A stretch of DNA of 64,000 nucleotides from an uncultured Bacteroidales bacterium (GTDB taxonomy: Bacteria; Bacteroidota; Bacteroidia; Bacteroidales; Porphyromonadaceae). Location of the stretch: the NCBI GenBank assembly GCA_902489445.1, contig CABTZX010000001.1, positions 38,606-102,605 on the forward strand, written 5' to 3'. The notes below the pieces were generated by a model. The model worked only from the letters and a program-made list of their open reading frames with translations, did not search any database and had not been told where the DNA came from. The translations under genes and the position numbers were made by a program. Shown here one piece after another: positions 9,489 through 17,747 of the stretch (the stretch's first letter is position 1; the number at the start of each line of letters is the position of its first letter).

Positions 9489-11426
9489 ATGAAGCATGGT
9501 TTTGTAAAGGTGGCGGCAGCCGTCCCTTATGTAAAAGTAGCCGATTGCTACTATAATGTGTCCCGCATAGCGGAGATGATTCGGAATGCGGATAAAGAGG
9601 GAGTTGAAATAATTCTTTTCCCGGAGCTTTCGGTTACCGGCTATACGGCAGGCGATCTGCTCCTACATCCTTTTCTTATAGAGGAAGCATATAATGCGCT
9701 GCTTCAGTTGGTAGCAGAAACCGCTTCAACAGAGGTCCTCGCCATTGTTGGTATGCCTATCCGTGTAGAGGAAAAGCTCTTTAACAGCGCGGTTGTATTC
9801 CAGCAGGGGCACATATTGGGAGCTATTCCCAAAACCTACCTTCCCAATTACAGAGAGTTTCAGGAAAAGCGTTGGTTTTCGCCCAGTGAAGTGCTGCAGT
9901 ACAAGAGGGTAGCGATAGGGGACGAAACGGTTCCGATAGGAAGAAATATCCTATTTAAGAGCGGTAAAGTGGGAATCGGCATTGAAATTTGTGAGGATAT
10001 GTGGACGCCCTACACGCCCGGTACGCGCCTTGGGCTCTATGGAGCACACATCATCTTTAACTTAAGTGCCAGCAACGAAAACGTAGGAAAGCACAATTAT
10101 CTTCGTTCGCTTATAAGCGGTCTTTCCTCGCAAGGGCTGTACGGCTACGTATATGCCTCCAGCGGATACGGCGAAAGCTCTACCGATTTGGTATACACCG
10201 GTAAGGCTTTTATTGCCGAAATAGGCAAAATAGTGGAGGAAATGCAACGCTTTGACTATTCAGAGCGAATGATTGTGAGCGATATTGACGTAACGCAGAT
10301 CCAATCGGAACGGCTGACCAACAGCAGTTTTAAGAGTGCTGTATCGCACTTTACTCAGGAAGAAATTACGGAAATCCCGTTCCGCTTGCGTAAGCCGGAA
10401 GATTCTTTCCCCGTAAATCGTCCTATTCGGCGGAATCCCTTTCTCCCTGAAGGGGTTTCGGACGAAGTGAATTGTTCGGAAATGTTCGAAATTCAGGTGT
10501 GCGGTCTGGTACAAAGGCTTCGACATCTCGGATGCGAACATGCAGTTATCGGTATATCGGGTGGATTGGATTCAACGCTTGCTCTTTTGGTTACCGCAGC
10601 TGCCTTTGATAAGCTCGGGCTTTCTCGTAAGGGCATTATAGCCGTTACTATGCCAGGATTCGGAACATCGCACCGTACGCACGACAACGCACTCGCTCTT
10701 TGTGAGGAATTAGGGGTAACTTTTGAAGAAATTGATATTCGCGAGGCTTGCCTGCAGCAATATAAGGCTATCGGTCACGATGTATCGCAACACGATACCA
10801 CGTACGAGAATGTTCAAGCTCGGGAACGTACCGAAATACTGATGAATCTCGCCAATAAACATAAAGGAATTGTGGTGGGAACCGGTGACCTTTCCGAAAT
10901 AGCCTTAGGGTGGTGTACATACAACGGCGACCATATGTCAATGTATAGTGTTAATGCTACCGTAACCAAAACCTGCGTTGCACTTATTGTTGGTTGGTAT
11001 GCAAGTAGGGAAGCGCAAAGAGAACGCTTAGCGGCTACGCTTGCAGATATTGTGGCTACTCCTTACAGCCCGGAACTGCTCCCCGTTAAAGCCGGTGAAA
11101 ATGAGATGATTCAGCCTACGGAACAGCTGATTGGTCCCTACGAATTGCACGACTTTTTCCTTTATCATATGATATACGGTAAGTCTAGTCCTGAAAAGGT
11201 TTTCTATTTGGCAAGTGTGGCGTTTGCCGAAAAGTACAATCAAGAGATAATAAAGACCACGATGAAGCAATTCGTAAAGCGCTTCTTCAGCCAGCAGTTC
11301 AAACGTAACTGTATGCCCGATGGCCCCAAGGTGGGTTGCATTAGCCTATCTCCACGCGGAGAATGGCGCATGCCCAGCGATGCCGTGGGAACAATGTGGC
11401 TACGAGCAATTGATGCACTTAAATAG
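9489..11426 (+). CDS. nadE: glutamine-dependent NAD+ synthetase
   Basis: 645 aa. N-terminal CN-hydrolase domain (FPELSVTGYT) and a C-terminal NAD synthetase PP-loop (VIGISGGLDST). Confidence 0.9.
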   Translation: MKHGFVKVAAAVPYVKVADCYYNVSRIAEMIRNADKEGVEIILFPELSVTGYTAGDLLLHPFLIEEAYNALLQLVAETASTEVLAIVGMPIRVEEKLFNSAVVFQQGHILGAIPKTYLPNYREFQEKRWFSPSEVLQYKRVAIGDETVPIGRNILFKSGKVGIGIEICEDMWTPYTPGTRLGLYGAHIIFNLSASNENVGKHNYLRSLISGLSSQGLYGYVYASSGYGESSTDLVYTGKAFIAEIGKIVEEMQRFDYSERMIVSDIDVTQIQSERLTNSSFKSAVSHFTQEEITEIPFRLRKPEDSFPVNRPIRRNPFLPEGVSDEVNCSEMFEIQVCGLVQRLRHLGCEHAVIGISGGLDSTLALLVTAAAFDKLGLSRKGIIAVTMPGFGTSHRTHDNALALCEELGVTFEEIDIREACLQQYKAIGHDVSQHDTTYENVQARERTEILMNLANKHKGIVVGTGDLSEIALGWCTYNGDHMSMYSVNATVTKTCVALIVGWYASREAQRERLAATLADIVATPYSPELLPVKAGENEMIQPTEQLIGPYELHDFFLYHMIYGKSSPEKVFYLASVAFAEKYNQEIIKTTMKQFVKRFFSQQFKRNCMPDGPKVGCISLSPRGEWRMPSDAVGTMWLRAIDALK

Positions 11427-11480
11427 CTATCTTTGCAAGGGAAAAAGGGAAGAACCGATACTGATACAGATGGACAAACA

Positions 11481-12233
11481 ATGTCTCAAAGCTTAATTAT
11501 CATACCAACTTACAACGAACGGGAGAACGTGGCGGAGATGATTAACCGCGTTATGGCTCTTGATATAAGCTTTGATCTGCTTTTTGTGGATGATGCTTCG
11601 CCTGATGGCACGGCAGGAGTAGTAAAGGCGTTGATGCCTAAGTATCCGCAACGGATTCATATATTGGAACGGAGCGGAAAGCTTGGGCTCGGTACGGCAT
11701 ATATTGCCGGCTTCAAATGGGCTTTGGCGCATGAGTATCAGTTTATCTTTGAGATGGATTGCGATTTTAGCCATCCGCTTTCGGCTTTATCCCGTCTTTA
11801 CAACGCTGTGGCTTACGAGGGATACGACGTAGCGGTAGGTTCGCGCTATACAAAAGGCGGTGGAATTGCCGATTGGCCGTTCATCCGTAGATGCATCAGC
11901 TATGGCGCTTCGCTATATGTACGGATGGTCACTTGGATGCCCGTTAAGGACCCAACGGCGGGTTTTGTCTGTTATCGGAGAGCCGTTTTAGAGCAACTTG
12001 ATTTGGATGCCATTGAGTTTAAGGGATATGCCTTCCAAATAGAAATGAAGTTTGCCGCCTATCGATTGGGTTATAGCATCAAAGAGGTACCCATAACCTT
12101 TACTAACCGTCAACTCGGTTCTTCCAAGATGAGTAGCTCTATATTTGGCGAAGCGTTCGGTGGGGTAATCAAATTGCGCTACAGAGCTTGCCGAGGTTCA
12201 TTCCCTGTAGTAAAAGGAGAAAAAGAAAGGTAA
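11481..12233 (+). CDS. GT2-family polyprenol-phosphate mannosyl/glycosyltransferase (Dpm1-like)
   Basis: LIIIPTYNERENV...FVDDASPDGT...FEMDCDFSHP motifs of DPM1-like GT2 enzymes. The likely start is the MSQSL Met, not the upstream 11433 Met. Confidence 0.8.
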   Translation: MSQSLIIIPTYNERENVAEMINRVMALDISFDLLFVDDASPDGTAGVVKALMPKYPQRIHILERSGKLGLGTAYIAGFKWALAHEYQFIFEMDCDFSHPLSALSRLYNAVAYEGYDVAVGSRYTKGGGIADWPFIRRCISYGASLYVRMVTWMPVKDPTAGFVCYRRAVLEQLDLDAIEFKGYAFQIEMKFAAYRLGYSIKEVPITFTNRQLGSSKMSSSIFGEAFGGVIKLRYRACRGSFPVVKGEKER

Positions 12234-12237
12234 GCCT

Positions 12238-13596
12238 ATGAAAACGTTACTACTCAACGGAACTATTGTCAACGAAGGTCGTTCCTATATCGGCTCTATT
12301 GCTATTGAAGGCGATACAATTAGTGCCGTTTTGGAAGGAAAGCTTTCCGTTGAGGTTGCGTACCGACGGTTTGAAGGCTACGAAATTACAGATTGTACCG
12401 GTTTGCTCCTATTGCCAGGGCTAATTGATGACCAAGTACACTTCCGCACTCCGGGGTTAACCCATAAAGGCGATATAGCTTCGGAAAGCCGCGCTGCCGT
12501 AGCCGGAGGCGTTACTTCCTATATGGATATGCCTAACACGAAGCCTCCCACGATTGATTACGAGGCTCTTATGGCAAAACGTGATTATGCGGCAGAGCAT
12601 TCCTATGGTAATTATGGTTTTTTCATTGGCGGAACGAATACCAATTGTCAGGAAGCACTCAAAATTGATACCCGGCTTATACCCGGTTTGAAGCTTTTCC
12701 TCGGTTCTTCCACGGGAAATATGTTGGTGGACGATGAGCGAGCCTTGGATTGCTTTTTCTCCGAGTTTCCCCTTCCAATTGCTATCCATTCCGAGTCAGA
12801 AACCATTATCAGGCAAAATAAGGCGCGAGCCATTGAACAGTGGGGCGAAGATCCCCCCATTGAGTATCATCCGTTGATTCGTAGCGAGGAAGCTTGTTAT
12901 CGGTGCACGGCTGAGGCTTTGGAGCGCGCTACTAAGTATGGTACTAACCTGCACGTGTTGCACCTTTCCACAGCGAAGGAAACGGCTCTTTTTGATGCCG
13001 CCGATCCTATGGAAATACGTCGCATTACGGCTGAAGTATGCATTCATCATCTTTGGTTTAACGATGGCGATTATGCCGAGAAAGGCACGCTAATTAAGTG
13101 GAATCCCGCCATCAAAACGGAAAGCGATCGGGAAGCGCTTCTTGAAGGTGTACGGACGGGTCGTATTTCCGTTATTGCTACGGATCATGCCCCTCATCTA
13201 TTGAGCGAAAAGCAGGGTGGCGCACTTAAAGCAGCTTCCGGCGGTCCCTTGGCTCAATTCGGGCTTTTGGTTCTTTTGGAATTGGTAGGGCGTGGCGAGC
13301 TTCCTCTAGAGCTAATTCCCACTAAAACCGCTCATTATCCGGCTCTGCGATTTGCCGTACAAAAGCGTGGTTTCCTGCGCCCTGGCTATTACGCTGATAT
13401 CGTAGTGGTAAATCCTGAGTGCCCAACGGCGGTAACAAAGGATATAATTCTCTCCAAGTGTGGTTGGTCGCCTTTTGAGGGTACAACTTTCAAGCACTCC
13501 GTGGAGGCAACCTATGTAAACGGAACCTGTGTCTATAAGCGCGGAGAACTACTTGACGTACCCTCGCCGGCTATGGCGCTCGTTTTTGATCATTAG
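12238..13596 (+). CDS. pyrC: dihydroorotase-like cyclic amidohydrolase
   Basis: 452 aa. Metal-binding DDQVHFRTPG, with HAPH and DHAP-type motifs of the amidohydrolase/dihydroorotase family. Confidence 0.75.
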   Translation: MKTLLLNGTIVNEGRSYIGSIAIEGDTISAVLEGKLSVEVAYRRFEGYEITDCTGLLLLPGLIDDQVHFRTPGLTHKGDIASESRAAVAGGVTSYMDMPNTKPPTIDYEALMAKRDYAAEHSYGNYGFFIGGTNTNCQEALKIDTRLIPGLKLFLGSSTGNMLVDDERALDCFFSEFPLPIAIHSESETIIRQNKARAIEQWGEDPPIEYHPLIRSEEACYRCTAEALERATKYGTNLHVLHLSTAKETALFDAADPMEIRRITAEVCIHHLWFNDGDYAEKGTLIKWNPAIKTESDREALLEGVRTGRISVIATDHAPHLLSEKQGGALKAASGGPLAQFGLLVLLELVGRGELPLELIPTKTAHYPALRFAVQKRGFLRPGYYADIVVVNPECPTAVTKDIILSKCGWSPFEGTTFKHSVEATYVNGTCVYKRGELLDVPSPAMALVFDH

Positions 13597-13639
13597 TGAA
13601 GTAAGAATAATCAATTAGTAACGTATAAACATTCAAAAC

Positions 13640-14656
13640 ATGGAAAAAACTGATTGGGCCTCGTTAGGCTTTGGTTATCACAAAACGGATTACAACGTAC
13701 GCTGCTACTACCGCAACGGTAAGTGGGGCGAGTTGGAAGTAACTCAGGACGAAACTATAACCCTTCACATGGGAGCTACCTGCCTGCACTACGGACAGGA
13801 AGCCTTTGAAGGTCAGAAGGCGTTCCGTGGCAAGGACGGAAAGATTCGCATCTTCCGCATCCACGACAATGCTAAGCGTATGATTCGTTCCGCTGAAGGG
13901 GTCGTAATGCAACCTGTTCCCGAAGAACTCTTTGTTGAAGCATGCCTGAAGGCAGTTAAGCTCAACGAACGCTTTGTTCCGCCTTACGAAAGCGGAGCTT
14001 CGCTCTATATTCGTCCTCTGCTCATCGGCTTGGGCGAACAGGTTGGTGTTAAACCCGCTCCCGAGTATCTCTTCGTTGTATTCGTAACGCCCGTAGGTCC
14101 TTACTTCAAGGAAGGCTTCAAGCCCACTCCTATGGCTATTATGCGCGGATACGACAGAGCTGCCCCCTTAGGTACCGGTACGATCAAGGTGGGCGGTAAC
14201 TATGCCGCCGGTATGGTGCCCACAGTTCTCTGCCACGAAAAGGGCTATTCCGCATGCCTCTTCCTCGATGCAAAGGAAAAGAAGTATATCGATGAATGCG
14301 GTCCCGCTAACTTCTTCGGAATCAAGAACAATACCTATATCACGCCGAAGTCCACTTCCATCCTGCCTTCCATCACCAATATGAGCTTGATGCAGTTGGC
14401 TGAAGATATGGGCATGAAGGTAGAACGCCGTCACGTCCCCGAAGAAGAACTCGCCGAATTTGAAGAAGCCGGTGCTTGCGGTACAGCTGCCGTGATCAGC
14501 CCCATCCTTCGCATCGACGACTTGGACGAACATAGGACGTACGAAATCGCTAAGGACGGCAAGCCCGGTCCCGTTTGCGAAAAGCTTTATCACAAACTCC
14601 GTGCCATTCAGTACGGTGACGAAGCTGATCCCTACGGATGGGTTACCGTCTTGTAA
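13640..14656 (+). CDS. ilvE: branched-chain amino acid aminotransferase
   Basis: 338 aa PLP fold-type IV BCAT signature (EGQKAFRGKDGKIRIFR...). Confidence 0.9.
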   Translation: MEKTDWASLGFGYHKTDYNVRCYYRNGKWGELEVTQDETITLHMGATCLHYGQEAFEGQKAFRGKDGKIRIFRIHDNAKRMIRSAEGVVMQPVPEELFVEACLKAVKLNERFVPPYESGASLYIRPLLIGLGEQVGVKPAPEYLFVVFVTPVGPYFKEGFKPTPMAIMRGYDRAAPLGTGTIKVGGNYAAGMVPTVLCHEKGYSACLFLDAKEKKYIDECGPANFFGIKNNTYITPKSTSILPSITNMSLMQLAEDMGMKVERRHVPEEELAEFEEAGACGTAAVISPILRIDDLDEHRTYEIAKDGKPGPVCEKLYHKLRAIQYGDEADPYGWVTVL

Positions 14657-14700
14657 GCAACGGAACAAACACAAATGCTCTCCAAGAGAGCAATCCTCTG

Positions 14701-14733
14701 TGGCATCCCCTTATCGGGATGCCACTTTTTTGT
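14701..14733 (+). terminator. rho-independent terminator after ilvE
   Basis: The stem TGGCATCCC/GGGATGCCA with loop cttatc is followed by CTTTTTTG, 45 nt after the ilvE stop. Confidence 0.7.
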
Positions 14734-15233
14734 GCCTATTTCCTACAAATTCAATCGCCTCTTATCAACGGAAAGCACCCACCGGCTTCTGTCAGCGATA
14801 GTCCTATTTTCTCATTGTAAATGGCTTATGTGAGTAATTGTCGCTAAATCCTATCGGCAGGTATGGCGCATCCCAGTGCTTGGATCTTCCCGATGCGTCC
14901 AAATAGAGTACGATCTCCTCAGATTTCATCCGATACGTTCCGATTGCATAATAGGAAGCGAGTCCCTTGTGTTCCATACTGACGACAAAGTTCCCTTCTA
15001 TTTTACCCACCAATTAGCGTTGCTTTATCGCCGTTTAATCGGCATTAAATAGTAGCTAAATCAACGAAATACGAACCTTCGTACGGGAAGAACCGTCACG
15101 TCCATCCAGAACCGACACCGATTCGTCCTGTGTAGACGGATTGGTTATACCGAGCCTCCGCCCCGTCCGTTCTGATCAACCGTGCCACCCATTTCATACG
15201 AGCGGAACCAAAGATGTGAAGTGTCGCAACGTT

Positions 15234-15456
15234 TATACGAAAGTACCGAGGAAATAGATGGGTGATGATGGGGCTAGGAAAGGGAGGAATTGTCTCAGTT
15301 GTACGAAGGAAGCGAAGTGTTAGATAGGTGATGATGTGTAAAGGGATGTGGAATAATGCAGCGGTGTGGGGGATGAATCGGGCCGTTAATACGAAGGGAG
15401 CTGAGTAGTAGATAGGTAATGATGGGGCAGAGGCTGGGAGGGAACCGGTTGTTTGT
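15234..15456. repeat. three imperfect tandem repeats of about 66-88 bp, each starting TACGAAG and containing GATAGGTGATGATGG
   Basis: By eye the units are about 15234-15301, 15302-15389 and 15390-15456, sharing TACGAAGG...AGATAGGT(G/A)ATGATG(G/T)G. Confidence 0.6.
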
Positions 15457-15520
15457 ACTATGAGAACCGAGCGAAGGATGGGGGGGACGGAGCGGATGTA
15501 CGGTGCGGTCGGAGAAAAGT

Positions 15521-15586
15521 CTATAGACTTTCTGAAAATACTCTATAGACTTTCTCCAGATACCCTATAGACTTTTTCCAGATATG
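15521..15586. repeat. 22-bp-period minisatellite, three copies, core CTATAGACTTT
   Basis: CTATAGACTTTCT starts at 15521, 15543 and 15565. The spacing is exactly 22 bp. Confidence 0.8.
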
Positions 15587-15705
15587 TCCGTACAAACGCT
15601 CGGACAGCATGGGAGCAACGATTTGTTCGTATGGGAGAACCGCTGCATTTCCTCGGTAGAAAAGAGTGCGAACGTGCGCATGTATGGGGTCGTTCGTGCC
15701 TAGGT

Positions 15706-15886
15706 TAGTGGGCAAAGGTGCGCTGCGGTGAGGGGCGTTGGTGGGAGGATTGATGGGGAAAGTGCGCTGAAGTTGGGGCGGAGGTGCGCTGCGATGGACG
15801 CGTTGGTGCGCAGGAATGAGGGGCATGTGCGCTAAAGCTGGGGGGAAGGTGCGCTGCGGTGCGGGCAGGAGGTGGTAGGGTACGAT
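15706..15886. repeat. G-rich tandem repeat with a period of about 66 bp, core GGTGCGCTGCG(G/A)TG, about 2.5 copies
   Basis: GGTGCGCTGCG occurs at about 15717, 15783 and 15849. Each unit also carries a (A/T)GTGCGCT(G/A)AAG(T/C)TGGGG half-site at about 15760 and 15826. Confidence 0.7.
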
Positions 15887-15920
15887 CGGTATGTTTGTTT
15901 GAGGGTATCTGAATTTATCG

Positions 15921-16010
15921 GAGCAAATCGGAACTAATCGGAAGGTATCGGATCATTTCTGATAAGTTCTGATTGACTCTGATAAGTTCCGATAAACTCC
16001 GATTGGGTAA
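15921..16010. repeat. helically phased short repeats: four ATCGGA followed by five (C/T)(C/T)GAT(A/T) at about 10-11-bp spacing, the two halves being reverse complements
   Basis: Sequence: tATCGGAgcaaATCGGAactaATCGGAaggtATCGGAtcatttCTGATAagttCTGATTgactCTGATAagttCCGATAaactCCGATTggg. Confidence 0.7.
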
Positions 16011-16119
16011 GTATTGACGCGGAGGTATATAGGTGGGTGGGGCTTTCAGTGAAAAGGGTCAAAAGCGTGGTAGGAAGAGGGCGGCTCTGTGGGTGAGATG
16101 GGTTAAAAGAAGGGGAGGT

Positions 16120-16343
16120 GTGGGGTGGTTGTTGTATCTCGCGCTTCGCTTTTTGTAGTTCTGTGTCGGGAAGGGTCGGGTCTGCCATTTTGTTTGTCCG
16201 AGTGGGGTGGGGCAGTGAAACGCATGGAAGTGGGGTGGTTGTTGCATCTCGCGCTTTGCATTTTGTAGTTCTGTATCGGGAAATGTCGGGTATGCCGGTT
16301 TGTTTGTCAGAGTGGGGTAGAGCAGTGAGGCGCATGGAAGTGG
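16120..16343. repeat. two tandem copies of a roughly 112-bp unit (about 85-90% identity)
   Basis: GGGGTGGTTGTTG(T/C)ATCTCGCGCTT(C/T)GC(T/A)TTTTGTAGTTCTGT(G/A)TCGGGAA...GCATGGAAGT occurs at about 16120-16230 and again at about 16233-16343. Confidence 0.85.
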
Positions 16344-16354
16344 GGCGAATGCGC

Positions 16355-16362
16355 TACCTTTG
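16355..16362 (+). promoter_or_regulatory. candidate -7 element TACCTTTG upstream of rseP
   Basis: Matches TAnnTTTG. Lies about 54 nt upstream of the rseP ATG (16416), immediately after the 112-bp tandem repeats. Confidence 0.3.
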
Positions 16363-16415
16363 CGTTGCAAACATCGAGAGAGAAACAGAACGAACAAGGA
16401 CGGAAGGAACGGAAA

Positions 16416-17743
16416 TGACCACACTGCTCATCGTATTAAGCAAGCTTATCCAGTTGATGCTTGCCCTTTCCCTGCTGGTATTCATACACGAGTTGGGGCA
16501 TTATCTGGCGGCACGGCTCTTCGGGGTACGTGTAATGCGTTTCTTCCTCTTCTTCGACCTCGGCGGCAAAGCGTTGTTCCGCTTCAAAGGAAAGAAGAGC
16601 GGCACGGTATACGGTATGGGATGGCTCCCAATTGGCGGATATTGCAAGCTGAGCGGTCAGGCGGATGAACAGCTACTGGCTACCGGCAAGCCCTCAACGC
16701 CACAGAGCGATGAGTTGCGCGCCAAGCCGGCGTGGCAACGGATCATCGTAATGATCGCCGGCATTCTGTTTAATCTTATTGCGGCATATTTGATCTATAC
16801 AGGCATTTCGATGCGCTGGGGCGATACACTGCTCTATTCGTCTGACATCACGCAGGGAATGTACTTTTCTGAAGCAGCGCACAAGGTAGGCTTTAAGGAT
16901 AACGATATCATCCTAACGGCAGACGGTAATCGGCTGAACGTATTTGCGGACGGATTCATAAGAGAGATCATTGAAGCGAAGCAGGTGGAGGTTCTTCGGG
17001 ATGGAGAACGAGTTTCTATCGACATACCGCAGGATATGATGCAGCGAGTGATCGCCGGTAAAGAGGGTTTCCTGGGTATTCAGGTGCCGTTTGTGGCGGA
17101 CAGTGTGCCGAAAGGCAGCCGCGCTTACGTAGCCGGTATGCGCAAAGGCGACCAATTGTTGCAAATAGACAGTAGCGCGGTGCACGATGTGAGCGATGCA
17201 CGTATCCTTTTTCGGCAGTATGAGGAGCGAAGCGTCTCAGTAAATTTATTGCGCGGCGCGGATACGCTATACCTTTCGATTACGCCCGATAGTATGGGCA
17301 GAGTGGGCGTTTACCTTGCTCCACCCGACAAAATATACCGGACGAGCCACATATCGTATAATCTTACGGACGGCTTTGTGCGTGGCGTCCAAAGGGCTAA
17401 CGCTATGTTGCGCGGATACGCAGGCGATATGAAGTACGTCTTTACCAAAGAGGGTGCCGGCGAAATGGGAGGCTTTATCTCAATGGGTAAACTCTTTAGC
17501 GGTGTTTTTGACGCTTATTCCTTTTGGAACGTGGTGGCGTTTCTGTCGCTCATCTTTGCTTTTATGAACTTCCTACCCATACCGATGCTTGACGGAGCGG
17601 AGATTCTATTCGCTTTGTGGGAGTTAGTAACGCGCAAAAAGGTGGATGATCGAGTGATTGTAAAGGTTAAATCGGTGGGATTGATATTGCTCATCGCTCT
17701 GTTCCTATTCGCTAATCTGAACGACGTTTTCCGTCTTTTCTAG
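16416..17743 (+). CDS. rseP: RIP metalloprotease RseP (site-2 protease, M50 family)
   Basis: HELGHYLAARLFGV zinc motif, a PDZ domain and the C-terminal LDGG motif. The ORF-track start at 16118 runs through the repeat region; the real start is the ATG at 16416 (MTTLLIVLSKL). Confidence 0.85.
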
Positions 17744-17747
17744 AGGT

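Noticed and set aside
9365-9556. 63-aa ORF overlapping the nadE start
   Set aside because: It is short and overlaps the strongly supported nadE start region in another frame. It has no RBS-like context or conservation signal.
14804-15013. 69-aa minus-strand ORF (MVGKIEGNFVVSMEHKGLASYYAIGTYRMKSEEIVLYLDASGRSKHWDAPYLPIGFSDNYSHKPFTMRK) at the start of the repeat-rich region
   Set aside because: It is protein-like enough to be a small gene or gene remnant, but I could not support it with any motif. It is left uncalled rather than asserted.
16118-16415. N-terminal 100 codons of the 541-aa ORF 16118..17743 (the ORF-track rseP call)
   Set aside because: This stretch translates the 112-bp tandem DNA repeats into a G/W/R-rich peptide with no protein-like character. 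The M50 protease clearly begins at the ATG at 16416 (MTTLLIVLSKL), preceded by a TAnnTTTG promoter-like motif.
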